From Dehalococcoidia bacterium (GTDB lineage Bacteria; Chloroflexota; Dehalococcoidia; Lucifugimonadales; JAGWBF01), in assembly GCA_034421095.1 (NCBI GenBank), contig DAOUKR010000007.1, forward strand, positions 64,712 to 128,711: 64,000 nt of DNA, written 5' to 3'. The notes beneath the pieces were generated by a model. That model searched no databases and was not told the DNA's origin. It was given only the letters and a program-made list of their open reading frames with translations. The position numbers were made by a program, and so were the translations under genes. Shown piece after piece: positions 19,695-29,981 of this stretch (its first letter is position 1; the number at the start of each line of letters is the position of its first letter).

Positions 19695-20621
19695 TTGGAG
19701 AAAACATGCTTCCGGGCCACCCTCTTGTGGAGCTTGCACATCGTGACAACCGGGCAACAAGGACAACATGCTACCACCTGCCGAACAAAAACCTTCCTCT
19801 GGGGGGAACGTACCTATCTGATGGGAGCGGTCAACGTCACCCCCGACTCCTTCTCCGGGGATGGCCTTGGCTATGACGTAGATGCCGCAGTGGCCAGGGC
19901 GCTTCTGATGGAATCGGAGGGTGCCGATATAATTGATATAGGTGGGGAGTCCACCCGACGGTATAACAACCAGCCCGGAGCGGTCCGGGTGAGTGCCGAG
20001 GAGGAATTGAGGCGGGCTGTACCCGTAGTTGAGCGTCTCTCCGGTGAGCTATCTATCCCCATAAGTATAGATACCTACAAGGCAGAAGTAGCCAGGCGCT
20101 GTCTTGATGCAGGGGCGGCTATGGTGAACAACATCTGGGGTGTTGACCCGGGTCAGGATATGCTGCGCGTGGTGTCGGAGTACGCTGTACCTTACGTTCT
20201 GATGCACAACCGGACAGGACACGAGTATGGGGACTTGATACCTGACATAATTGAGTCCCTCAAGGCCGCTGTGGATGATGCTCTTGAGGCGGGCATTTCA
20301 CCTGAGAACATCATCATTGACCCGGGTATCGGGTTTGGCAAGGTAGCAGACCAGAGCCTTGAAATCGAGGGCAGAATTGCCGAATTCAAGGCGCTTGGAT
20401 TTCCGGTGCTGGTCGGCCCTTCACGCAAGTCCCATATAGGGCTGGTTCTTGGGGGTCTGCCGCCCGAAGACCGGCTGGAAGGCACCGCCGCCGCCGTAGC
20501 TCTCTGCATCGCTGGTGGTGCCGACATGGTCCGGGTACACGATGTAAAGGCGATGGCGAGAGTAGCACAGGTGAGCGATGCCATCATCAGAGGTTGGAGG
20601 CCCAAGGGATGGGGCAGGTGA
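19695..20621 (+). CDS. folP: Dihydropteroate synthase
   Basis: NVTPDSFSGDG, DIGGESTR, ISIDTYK, IDPGIGFGK, SRKS, VRVHDV; true start may lie downstream of the TTG at 19695. Confidence 0.95.
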   Translation: MEKTCFRATLLWSLHIVTTGQQGQHATTCRTKTFLWGERTYLMGAVNVTPDSFSGDGLGYDVDAAVARALLMESEGADIIDIGGESTRRYNNQPGAVRVSAEEELRRAVPVVERLSGELSIPISIDTYKAEVARRCLDAGAAMVNNIWGVDPGQDMLRVVSEYAVPYVLMHNRTGHEYGDLIPDIIESLKAAVDDALEAGISPENIIIDPGIGFGKVADQSLEIEGRIAEFKALGFPVLVGPSRKSHIGLVLGGLPPEDRLEGTAAAVALCIAGGADMVRVHDVKAMARVAQVSDAIIRGWRPKGWGR

Positions 20622-21145
20622 TGGTCTATCTGGGCCTGGGTTCCAACCTTGGTGACAGGGAAGCGAACCTTCGCCACGCCCTGGAGCTTCTTTCGGGTGA
20701 TATAACCCTGGAAAAGGTTTCATCAATCTACGACACCGACCCCTGGGGCTACGAGGACCAGCCCAGGTTTTTGAACTGTGTGTGCGGTGGGTGGACGTCT
20801 CTGAGTCCCAGCGAACTGCTGGCTATGGTCAAGGATGTGGAGAAGACCGTCGGCAGGGAGCCAAGCTTTCCAAACGGCCCGCGCACAATAGACGTGGACA
20901 TCCTGTTCTATGAGCGGCAGAGCGTCATAGAGGCGGAGCTTGAGATTCCCCATCCTCGGCTGGCTGAAAGGGCATTTGTGTTGGTCCCGCTGGCTGAGAT
21001 AGCGGGAGATCACCATCATCCGGTCCTTAGACTAACTGTGAAGGAATTGCTGCGTAGTATGGGGACTGGAGACGGAAGTACCGGCAGCTTGACCGGAGGA
21101 GTGAGATGGTGGGCGCCACCCATTTCTGTCCAGGGAACGTCCTGA
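20618..21145 (+). CDS. folK: 2-amino-4-hydroxy-6-hydroxymethyldihydropteridine diphosphokinase
   Basis: YLGLGSNLGDR, FLNCV, GPRTIDVDIL, IPHPRLAERAFVLVPL; start overlaps the folP stop. Confidence 0.95.
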   Translation: MMVYLGLGSNLGDREANLRHALELLSGDITLEKVSSIYDTDPWGYEDQPRFLNCVCGGWTSLSPSELLAMVKDVEKTVGREPSFPNGPRTIDVDILFYERQSVIEAELEIPHPRLAERAFVLVPLAEIAGDHHHPVLRLTVKELLRSMGTGDGSTGSLTGGVRWWAPPISVQGTS

Positions 21146-21209
21146 GCAGGGTGGTGAGTCGGTCCCCGGAGAAGAAAAGAGAGACAATGCCCTGAGGGTT
21201 CGGAAGGAG

Positions 21210-22796
21210 TTGGCGGTGAGCAATCAGGATACTGAAGCGGCCCAAGCCTATCACGAGTCCACAAAGCTTTCCTATATCAACCTGCGCAACAAGCCCCCGA
21301 TTTACAAGTCCTACGACGAACTCCAGGTTTTTCCCCTTCCTACCGACTTTTCCATGTCCAAGACCTCAACTCTGGATGCAGTTGCTGGCGTAGGCCCGGG
21401 AGACGTGGCAGCCTTTGACATTGGTCTGCTTGCTCGGTGCTTGTTTTACTCCGTCGGACTTGTCAGGAAGGGGGTCTTCCCAAAGGCAGGGGAGGTGCGT
21501 TTCCGAGCTGCGGCTTCCGCGGGAGGGCTGTATCCGATAGAGACCTACCTGGTATGTAAGGATATTCCAGGGTTGGAGGCAGGAGTTTACCATTTTTCCC
21601 CGAGGGACTTTGCCCTTAGACAGTTGCGTAAAGGCGACTACAGGAGCGAGCTTTACGGGGCTACCGGCGAGGATAGCTCTGTTTCCGGATCCCCCGTTAC
21701 CCTTATTTTTACGTCCATTTTCTGGAGGAGTGCCTGGAAGTACAGAGCTCGCTCTTACAGGTACTGTTTCTGGGACAACGGTACTATCCTCGCCAATTTG
21801 CTGGCGACGGTTTCGACAGAGGGGTTGCAGGCGCGGGTGATAGCTGGATTCGTGGACGATCAGGTGAACTCGCTGCTAGGGGTTGACGGAGAGATGGAAG
21901 CGAGTCTATGTATGGTCACGTTGGGTGGGGAACATGATTCCCGGTCAGGCTCAAGCCAGTTGACAGTAGCACCGCTCTCATCCGAATCGGAACTCCCTCC
22001 CGATGACATGATTGATTACCCTGAGATACGCCACATGCACACCGCTTCGATGTTGGGTACGGCGGAGAAGGTTGTGTCCTGGCGGGGTGTCATGCCTTCA
22101 GAATCGCCTCAGATCAGGACTCCATCTTATTCCCTGGAGAGCGCTGGGGGTAGTAGCAGGGAGGTGAGTAAACTGGGAGACGTGATTCTTGGTCGTGGCT
22201 CCACCCGGCGTTTCGCTCCTGTCTCTATATCTCGGATGCAGTTCGATTCCATAGTTGACTACTCTACCAGAGGAGTCCCGGCGGACTTTCTGGGACCCGG
22301 TGGAACAAGCTTGTTGGACATCTATATGATTGTCAACTCTGTGGATGGGCTTTCCGCCGGAAGCTACTTCTTCTCCCAGGAGCGAAGGAGCATGGAACAG
22401 CTTCAGGACAGGGACCTGCGCATGGAGGCCGGACACCTGTGTTTCGAGCAGGCTTTGGGGGCCGACGCCAGTGCGGTGGTCTTCTTTATGGCTGACCTGG
22501 AGCGAATATTTCGTCGCTTCGGAAACAGGGGTTATCGTGCTGCTCAACTGGAGGCGGGTACCATTGGAGGCAAGATGTACCTCTGTGCCCATTCCCTGGG
22601 GCTAGGGGCCAGCGGCCTTACATTCTACGACGATGACGTCACCGATTTCTTCTCTCCCCACTCCCAAGGCAAAAGTCCCATGTTTGTTGTTGCACTGGGA
22701 GTAACGGACAAGATAAACCGGGTGCGACCATTCAGGTCTCGGGTGGGCGTTCTGCTTGACGCCTTGTCTCGTGGGGCGGAGGGAGGAAGCCGGTAA
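21210..22796 (+). CDS. SagB/ThcOx-type nitroreductase-fold protein with two FMN-binding domains
   Basis: Domain 1: AAASAGGLYPIETY, YRARSYRYCFWDNG; domain 2: RGSTRRF, YRAAQLEAG, FYDDDV. Confidence 0.85.
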   Translation: MAVSNQDTEAAQAYHESTKLSYINLRNKPPIYKSYDELQVFPLPTDFSMSKTSTLDAVAGVGPGDVAAFDIGLLARCLFYSVGLVRKGVFPKAGEVRFRAAASAGGLYPIETYLVCKDIPGLEAGVYHFSPRDFALRQLRKGDYRSELYGATGEDSSVSGSPVTLIFTSIFWRSAWKYRARSYRYCFWDNGTILANLLATVSTEGLQARVIAGFVDDQVNSLLGVDGEMEASLCMVTLGGEHDSRSGSSQLTVAPLSSESELPPDDMIDYPEIRHMHTASMLGTAEKVVSWRGVMPSESPQIRTPSYSLESAGGSSREVSKLGDVILGRGSTRRFAPVSISRMQFDSIVDYSTRGVPADFLGPGGTSLLDIYMIVNSVDGLSAGSYFFSQERRSMEQLQDRDLRMEAGHLCFEQALGADASAVVFFMADLERIFRRFGNRGYRAAQLEAGTIGGKMYLCAHSLGLGASGLTFYDDDVTDFFSPHSQGKSPMFVVALGVTDKINRVRPFRSRVGVLLDALSRGAEGGSR

Positions 22797-22856
22797 GCTG
22801 GTCGGGAAAGGGTTGTGGCATAATTTCAGGGTAACGAGTCAGGCTTTAGCAGGAAG

Positions 22857-23663
22857 CTAGCTCTCGACTTTTTCAACTATGTAATGCAATGTCCCTCTGG
22901 GTACGGTAATGTGGACCTCTTCGCCCATCATCTTGTCCAGAAGGGCCTTCCCTACAGGGGAGATGCTGGAGATTCTGCCCGTGGCGGGGTCCGCTTCCCT
23001 TGAGTCTACCAGGGTGTAACAGACCTCCTTGCCGCTGCTCACTTCCCGAAGGGTCACCTTTCTACCAATCTTGACTTGCTGTCCATTCGCAGTGTTTTGA
23101 TCGTCTGCCACGACTGCGTTGATCAGGATTCCCTCCAGCTCCTTCAGGCTGGACTCGATAAGGCCCTGACGCTCCTTGGCGGCGTCGAGTGGTGCGTTTT
23201 CCCTGAAATCTTTGTCTGCCATAGCCCGTTGGATGTCGGCTATGACGTTAATCCGTTCTTCTTTGAGCATCTCCAGGCGGGACTGGAGGTTGGCGTATCC
23301 TTCGGCGGTGAGCTCCGCACGTTCCATTGCCGACTTGAAATATACGCGCCTGGAACCTTTCTTTGCCTTGGACACCTTCAGGTGAGGGGCAAGGCTAACG
23401 CTGGTCAGCTTCCTCTCCCGGAGGTAGGTCAGGAAAGATTTCACAGGCTTCAGCTTTTTGGCCGAGTCTGCACCCCAAATGCTGGCTGACTCTCCATACT
23501 CAGCTATCTCAGAGGGGGTTAGCTGGGATATGGCTCTATCTCTACCGCACCATTGGATGAAGCGGTTAAGCTCTTGTTGTCCTTCACGCTGCTCCTCTCC
23601 TTTAAGCCTGGGCAAGTACTGATCGTAGGCTTCCTTTAGAGAATGGCCTTGCTCTACAGACAA
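22857..23663 (-). CDS. greA: Transcription elongation factor GreA with an N-terminal extension of about 100 aa
   Basis: LTAEGYANLQSRL, DFRENAPLDAAKE (two acidic tip residues), EADPATGRISSISPVGKALL. Confidence 0.9.
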   Translation of the reverse strand: MSVEQGHSLKEAYDQYLPRLKGEEQREGQQELNRFIQWCGRDRAISQLTPSEIAEYGESASIWGADSAKKLKPVKSFLTYLRERKLTSVSLAPHLKVSKAKKGSRRVYFKSAMERAELTAEGYANLQSRLEMLKEERINVIADIQRAMADKDFRENAPLDAAKERQGLIESSLKELEGILINAVVADDQNTANGQQVKIGRKVTLREVSSGKEVCYTLVDSREADPATGRISSISPVGKALLDKMMGEEVHITVPRGTLHYIVEKVES

Positions 23664-23665
23664 CT

Positions 23666-26011
23666 TCAGCTCTCCTTTCCAACGACTAATCCAAGTTTGG
23701 CCAGGACGCTCTGGCTATCTTGGGACGATTCAAGGCCCCATTCCAATCCCAGTTCGTACTTTTCCTGAAGCTGGCTTATGGTTTCAGGGCCCGGAAGATT
23801 ACCTTCGCCCAGATGTTGGACCAACTCTGGTAGCGAATTGTAGGCCTGGTCTACATTCCAGTAAAAGGACAATAGCCAGGCCAGTTCCCGTTCGTTGATC
23901 GGGCTGGGAATTATTCTGAGGTCCAGGATGTTGTTATTAACCTTGGTATATCTCAGGATACCGGCTTTGTCCTGGGCATCTCTACCGTAATGTCTTCTGC
24001 GGTTCAGTTCTTCGACTCTCCGCTTATATTCCGCCTCACCATATATCTCCCGGGGTAGCCACTCCGACCGGAGGTCCACTACTTCATCCCCGTTCTGGTT
24101 CACTATGGCTACAGCTATGTCCGAACCCAGTACGCTGTCATATTCAAACTTCACAGCATTGCGCAGCAAGGCTTCCTGTAGCATCAGCGTCAGGTCTCTC
24201 TGAATCTTCCTGTATTGTGACCCACTGGCATCGTCATTGGTATCGGCGCCGACCCCACCTGTGTTGAAGGCGTAATACTCCTGGGGTATCCCTCCGTCGG
24301 CCATCTCATGCAGTATGTTGTACATGAGATTGGCGTTCTCATCTTCCAGACCGATAATGAACGGGTCGGAGAAGTATTCCACATACGGTCTGCCTATAGC
24401 ACCTATAGCGGCCCCCATCTGAACTGCCTCACCATACATCAGGACTCTAATGTATTGCTCAAGGCCGAGACGCCTCAAGGGTGGTATCACGGTGTTTTGT
24501 CGCATCACTGCCTGCCAGAATACTCGGTCGGTGTTCTCCATAGGCACATGGACGGAATCTTCCATTTGGCCGTTGGTGATTGCCTCCATCAGGTGGGCAG
24601 CCCCCTTCCGGTTCAGGAGGCGAGGCCGAGAAAGGATCATACGCATGTTGCGAACTGGATTTCGGAGATAATTGGGTGTGCTGTCGTCAACGTTGACAGG
24701 GACGTTCTCCAGGGTTTCCTGGGGGTTTGGAGTCTCTTCTGTGCCCCTGAGAACATCGTAAGTTATAGGGTCGTCTTTCTGAGTGAGACCGAATGGTACG
24801 GCGTACAGGTTGTTCTCAGTTCCGTCTATGCCGTGGGAAATCCTTACGTGCCTGCCTCCGCGCGTTGTCTCCTTGACCTCCTGCAGAGGCTGGAGAAGGA
24901 CGATGTCATCGTTCATTGGGTAGACACCCTCTTGTGGGTCCGTCACGAGGTCGAGGTGTTTGGCAAGGACGCTATTTGCCAACTCGATCATTATGGTGAG
25001 GGTGCTCTTCCCATGCAATGAAGGGCCGATTGTGACAAGTGCCGTGTTTGTCATGGTGTTATCCAGAGTCTTGATCCGCGCCATGCTAAGAGCGGCTTGG
25101 ACTGCAAGCCCATTGGCCTGTTTAACCTGAAACATCGCAATGGATAATGGGCCCATTTTGTGCTCACCAACATAGTCAAATCCCAGGTGGAGAGATAGAC
25201 CTTTGGTGGGGGCTTTGAAGACCAATTGGGTGAGCTTAGCCTCTCTAACGCGGTCCTTAAGGTCTTCCGGCATGTCGAGATGCTCAAGCCACCTTGGGAT
25301 TGAGACTTCCAGAATATTGGGGGTTTTGTGGCGTTCTAAGTCCGGCATGTCGAACGTCAGTTGTCGCCACATATATGGGGCCTGAAGGTAGTCGGTGCCG
25401 AAGAACAGTTGTCGAGCATGGAATGAACGTCCTGGCGCATCACAAATTTGCCTGTCGGATTGGATTATTGGAGGCTGGTCATCCTGCTCATCTGATGCCG
25501 AGTCGCCGTTAAATTGGCGATTCATAAACCTGTTGATATAGACGAATACTTCGGCAAAAATGGCTTGATTGGCCTCACTGAAAGCCAGAGCGTCCCGGTT
25601 TTTGGCGAAGCCATCAATGAAATACTGGGTAAGGTCGGGCCGGCGTGCTACTCCCAGCTGGCTGAAAAAGGCCAGACCGCCGTTGTCCAGGCGAAACGCC
25701 ACACCCGGCCCGGCTCGGCCTGCAGCCTTTCCCTCGTCGTTGGCCTTTTGTGCTTCTTCGTCAATTTCTCTGGCCTCTGCGAGGATTTCCTCCTGCTTTA
25801 CTTGAGGCATGTCTTGGATAATGGTCATGTGGCTGGTGAGCCATTCGTCTGGGGGATTGAAAAATTTGCTGTTCGGCGCTTGACCCTGACTTGCTAGAGC
25901 TACCAGTTCGTCTAGTTCCCTCTCGAAAGCAGGATTGATAGGTGGCCCGGCGAGAGGAGGGACTTGCCCTGAGCCATGTCCGAGGGGTGGCTCCTGAACG
26001 CTCTCTGGCAT
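23666..26011 (-). CDS. Divergent ATP-dependent PEP carboxykinase-fold protein
   Basis: GFDYVGEHK, P-loop GPSLHGKST, NDD, RNMR, IPPL, YFSDPF, FNTGGVG in PEPCK order; 781 aa; catalytic competence uncertain. Confidence 0.7.
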   Translation of the reverse strand: MPESVQEPPLGHGSGQVPPLAGPPINPAFERELDELVALASQGQAPNSKFFNPPDEWLTSHMTIIQDMPQVKQEEILAEAREIDEEAQKANDEGKAAGRAGPGVAFRLDNGGLAFFSQLGVARRPDLTQYFIDGFAKNRDALAFSEANQAIFAEVFVYINRFMNRQFNGDSASDEQDDQPPIIQSDRQICDAPGRSFHARQLFFGTDYLQAPYMWRQLTFDMPDLERHKTPNILEVSIPRWLEHLDMPEDLKDRVREAKLTQLVFKAPTKGLSLHLGFDYVGEHKMGPLSIAMFQVKQANGLAVQAALSMARIKTLDNTMTNTALVTIGPSLHGKSTLTIMIELANSVLAKHLDLVTDPQEGVYPMNDDIVLLQPLQEVKETTRGGRHVRISHGIDGTENNLYAVPFGLTQKDDPITYDVLRGTEETPNPQETLENVPVNVDDSTPNYLRNPVRNMRMILSRPRLLNRKGAAHLMEAITNGQMEDSVHVPMENTDRVFWQAVMRQNTVIPPLRRLGLEQYIRVLMYGEAVQMGAAIGAIGRPYVEYFSDPFIIGLEDENANLMYNILHEMADGGIPQEYYAFNTGGVGADTNDDASGSQYRKIQRDLTLMLQEALLRNAVKFEYDSVLGSDIAVAIVNQNGDEVVDLRSEWLPREIYGEAEYKRRVEELNRRRHYGRDAQDKAGILRYTKVNNNILDLRIIPSPINERELAWLLSFYWNVDQAYNSLPELVQHLGEGNLPGPETISQLQEKYELGLEWGLESSQDSQSVLAKLGLVVGKES

Positions 26012-26369
26012 CTGAGATTACCTCCTACTGGGATTGTCAGGGCGTCTCATCGTTGGTGTTATTGACAGTATTCTAAGGTATTCTTATCAAGAATACCAGC
26101 ATCCTGCAATCATGGCAAAGAGGTATGAAGGTCATAATTCCGTGTCTTTATTGACCAATATTTACGTCTAGGGCATCAGACTTCTCTTTGGCCCATAACT
26201 TTGAGCCGTATCTGCATTGAGGCTTCTTACGATTTGTGAAAGATGACAAAGGAAAGGCAAGAGTGGGTTTTCGTAACCTGTGCAGTTGCTTTGTGATACC
26301 CAGAAAATGGCTGCCCGGTAATGCCCAGAGCCTGTAAATTTGAACTTGTATCAGGTACAATATAAGTGT

Positions 26370-27074
26370 ATGGCTATCCTCGCCATAGTATCCAATAACG
26401 AACGGAATGCTCAAAAGTACATCCAGGCCGTAGCTGGACATGTCCAGACCCGACTGGTCACTCCGCAAGACATGTTCGCCCCACCGGAAGCGTTGCTTTC
26501 AGATGCCGGTGGCCTTCTGCTTACCGGAGGACCGGACGTAGACCCCGTCAACTATGACGAACCACGGGATAGTGAGGCGGGTCTGGAGCTTGCGGAGGCG
26601 CTTGATACCCTGGAGTTCGGGCTGCTCCGATATGCTTTGGAACACGATATGCCAGTGCTGGCGATTTGTCGTGGTATGCAGCTTTTGAACGTGGCATTTG
26701 GTGGCAAGCTGCTCCAGGATATACCCGGCCATAAGGCGGAGCTTAAAGAGGGGCATTGGGAATCTGTGCATCACTCCATCTATATTTCACCGGGGAGCAA
26801 GCTGGCAGCGATCCTGGGGATGGGCGGCTTTTTCCGGGTCAACAGTCGTCATCATCAGGGCTTGCGGGAGGCACAGAAATCTCCCAGGCTGCTGGCATCG
26901 GCCTACTCAATGGATGACGCCATTATTGAGGGATTGGAAAGCCCGGAGCACACCTGGGTAGTGGGTGTTCAGTGTCACCCGGAACGCCGTGATGAAGTGC
27001 CAAAGGCTTTCGCCAACCTGTTCTTGGCCTTCACAGAGCGGGTGGAAGGGTACAAACAGAATACGAATTCCTAG
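26370..27074 (+). CDS. Class I glutamine amidotransferase-like, peptidase C26 (PuuD-like gamma-glutamyl hydrolase)
   Basis: LLLTGGPDVDP, AICRGMQLLNV, VNSRHHQG, GVQCHPE. Confidence 0.92.
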   Translation: MAILAIVSNNERNAQKYIQAVAGHVQTRLVTPQDMFAPPEALLSDAGGLLLTGGPDVDPVNYDEPRDSEAGLELAEALDTLEFGLLRYALEHDMPVLAICRGMQLLNVAFGGKLLQDIPGHKAELKEGHWESVHHSIYISPGSKLAAILGMGGFFRVNSRHHQGLREAQKSPRLLASAYSMDDAIIEGLESPEHTWVVGVQCHPERRDEVPKAFANLFLAFTERVEGYKQNTNS

Positions 27075-27120
27075 CTCCAAGACATTGGGACATTAGAACA
27101 AATATCATAAGGAGTCACAG

Positions 27121-29718
27121 ATGGTAACGCTAACTCCTTCGAGTAACATCCAACCGATTAGAATAGAAGAAGAGATGCGTAGCTCCTATCTAAGCTACGC
27201 CATGAGTGTCATTGTCGCAAGGGCACTGCCGGACGTGCGCGACGGGCTGAAGCCGGTCCAGAGGCGCATCCTTTATGCCATGCACGAGCTGGGCCTACGA
27301 CCTGCCAGTGCTTACAAGAAAAGCGCCCGCATAGTTGGTGAAGTCCTGGGCAAGTATCACCCCCATGGTGACGCCCCTGTGTATGATTCCCTGGTACGAA
27401 TGGCTCAGGGGTTTTCCATGCGGTATACACTGGTGGACGGGCAGGGCAACTTTGGAAGCATTGATAACGACCCTCCAGCGGCCATGCGCTACACCGAGGC
27501 ACGCCTGGCGTCTATCTCCGAGGAACTCCTGGCAGACATAGAACTAAACACCGTGGACCTTACCGAGAACTTTGACGGCTCTCTTGAAGAGCCTACGGTC
27601 CTGCCTGGGCTGCTCCCCAATATGCTGGTCAACGGCGCTTCAGGAATCGCCGTTGGGATGGCTACCAACATACCACCCCACAACTTGTCTGAGGTCTGCG
27701 ACGCGGTGTGTTATCTCGTAGACCACCCGGACGCCGTGGTCGAGGAACTGATGGCCCGGGTACACGGACCCGATTTCCCCACGGGAGCCATCATACAGGG
27801 GCGCTCCGGCATTGTAGATGCTTACACAACCGGTCATGGCCGGGTGGTCATGCAGGCTAGAACTGAGATTCAAGAGCTTCGCGGAGGCAGACAGCAGATA
27901 ATTGTCAGTGAGATACCCTTCCAGGTGAACAAAGCTTCCCTGGTGGAGAAGATTGCCCATTTGGTACGGGACAAGAAGATTGAGGGTATCTCCGATGTGA
28001 GGGACGAGTCGGACAGGCAAGGGCTACGGGTGGTAGTGGAGTTGAAACGGGATGCTCAGGCTGAGATTATACTGAACAATCTCTACAGGCACACGGCCCT
28101 GCGGTCCTCCTTCAACGTGATTATGCTAGCTTTGGTAGATGGACAACCCCAGGTATTGGGCCTGAAGCGTGCCCTCCAACTGTATATTGAGCACCGGCGC
28201 GTGGTCATTACCCGCCGTTCCGAGCATCTACTGAAGCAGGCGAGAGACCGTGCCCACATTGTGGCGGGTCTCCTGCTGGCCCTGGACCGTATGGATGAGG
28301 TAATAGCCATTATCAGGGCCTCCCAGGACGCCACCACCGCGCGTGGCAATCTGATGACCGCCCTGAGTCTGACTGAGGTCCAGGCTCAAGCCATCCTTGA
28401 TATGCAGCTAAGGCGTCTCGCTGCCCTGGAGAGGGAAAGGCTGGAAAAGGAGTACCAGGACCTGCTCAACACTATAAGCGACCTGGAATCTCTACTAGCT
28501 GACCCGGCAAGAGTGCTTGCGGTAATTAAGGAAGACGCGAGAAGACTGAAAAAGCGGTACGGCGACCCAAGGCGTACGGAGATACAAGACGAGGAAGCCG
28601 CTCACCACACCATCGAGGAGTTAACACCACACCAGGATGTTGTGATTACTCTCAGCCAGAGAGGCTACATCAAACGTATACCTACCTCTACTTACAAGAT
28701 CCAGCATCGGGGAGGCAAGGGTGTCCGAGGCATGACGACCCGGGAGGATGACGCCTTGCAAGACCTGCTGGTAGCCGATACTCACGACACAGTGCTGTTT
28801 TTCACCAACAAGGGCCGCGCCTATCCGCTGAGATGTTTCAACATCGGCGAGGATAGCTCGCGCACCACTAGGGGCACATCCATCATTAACATGCTGCCTA
28901 TTGCCGATGGGGAGCGGGTCAACGCGTTGCTAGCAGTGCCCGACCTCAAGGAGCGGGGCAACGTGTTCATTCTAGCCACCCGCCGAGGCCGGGTAAAAAT
29001 GTTGCGTCCGGGGGACCTAGCGGGGATACGTTCCAATGGCCTGATAGTGATGAACTTGAAGGAGGGTGATGAAGTGGTCTCCGCTCGGATAGTTAAGGAG
29101 GGCGGCGATGCTATTCTGGTGACGGAAAAAGGGCAGTCCATCCGCTTTGCTGTATCTGATGTGCGGCAGTCAGGACGCCAAACCCAGGGAGTACATGGCA
29201 TCAAACTGGCCCCAGGAGACCGAGTAGTCGCGATGGATGTGGCCCTTAACAACGGGTTCCTGCTCACCGTCAGCTACCACGGATATGGCAAATGCACCGT
29301 ATTGAACAAATATCCGCGTCACCATAGAGGAGGCTCAGGCGTACGTACTCTCCGCGTCAGTGAGACCACTGGTCCGGTGGTCGGCGCCAGGGTGGTGAAT
29401 GAGTCTGAGAACCAGGAGATTATGTTGATCTCGGCCAAAGCCCAGGTGATACGGGTAAGCCTGCAAGACTTCCGAATGGTGGGGCGCAACACCCAGGGAG
29501 TGCGCATCTGGCGCGACAAGCAAGCCGACGATCATGTCGCCTCCTTGACCTGCCTTATGCCCCAAGCTAGGGAGGGTGATCCCCTACCTTGCTTGCCAGA
29601 TACGGACATAGATTTGAGAGACGGTGGAAGCAGCGGCCACAAAAACAAAGAGGCAAAAAAGGTAAATGACGGGAGCCTCAATGGGAATGTTAGTCAGGGA
29701 ACCTTTGAGAATTTCTAA
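27121..29718 (+). CDS. gyrA: DNA gyrase subunit A
   Basis: [28 protein letters not shown] catalytic Tyr, GyrA-box QHRGGKG, beta-pinwheel repeats. Confidence 0.97.
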   Translation: MVTLTPSSNIQPIRIEEEMRSSYLSYAMSVIVARALPDVRDGLKPVQRRILYAMHELGLRPASAYKKSARIVGEVLGKYHPHGDAPVYDSLVRMAQGFSMRYTLVDGQGNFGSIDNDPPAAMRYTEARLASISEELLADIELNTVDLTENFDGSLEEPTVLPGLLPNMLVNGASGIAVGMATNIPPHNLSEVCDAVCYLVDHPDAVVEELMARVHGPDFPTGAIIQGRSGIVDAYTTGHGRVVMQARTEIQELRGGRQQIIVSEIPFQVNKASLVEKIAHLVRDKKIEGISDVRDESDRQGLRVVVELKRDAQAEIILNNLYRHTALRSSFNVIMLALVDGQPQVLGLKRALQLYIEHRRVVITRRSEHLLKQARDRAHIVAGLLLALDRMDEVIAIIRASQDATTARGNLMTALSLTEVQAQAILDMQLRRLAALERERLEKEYQDLLNTISDLESLLADPARVLAVIKEDARRLKKRYGDPRRTEIQDEEAAHHTIEELTPHQDVVITLSQRGYIKRIPTSTYKIQHRGGKGVRGMTTREDDALQDLLVADTHDTVLFFTNKGRAYPLRCFNIGEDSSRTTRGTSIINMLPIADGERVNALLAVPDLKERGNVFILATRRGRVKMLRPGDLAGIRSNGLIVMNLKEGDEVVSARIVKEGGDAILVTEKGQSIRFAVSDVRQSGRQTQGVHGIKLAPGDRVVAMDVALNNGFLLTVSYHGYGKCTVLNKYPRHHRGGSGVRTLRVSETTGPVVGARVVNESENQEIMLISAKAQVIRVSLQDFRMVGRNTQGVRIWRDKQADDHVASLTCLMPQAREGDPLPCLPDTDIDLRDGGSSGHKNKEAKKVNDGSLNGNVSQGTFENF

Positions 29719-29981
29719 GAGGATGTTTTCGAAGGTGTTGCCCCCGGCTTCCCCCCTTGGCGAGACTTTTGCATAACCCCTTCCATCATGGCCGGGGGAA
29801 GGAGCGTCCATCCTTGCTCCCATGATGGGGATGAAATGCCCGGACCGCAAGCTGCCAACCTCCGCACTCATTTTTGAATCACGTCCCAGGACAGACTCTA
29901 ACATCGGAGTGCGGAGCACCTTCCCCCACCGGAGAGAAGGCACCTCTCCGGAACGGGTTGAAGTGGGACGGGGATGACTAT

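Noticed and set aside
21210-22796. RiPP (azole-containing peptide) biosynthetic cluster
   Set aside because: SagB-like dehydrogenase present but no YcaO, E1-like protein, precursor peptide or transporter nearby
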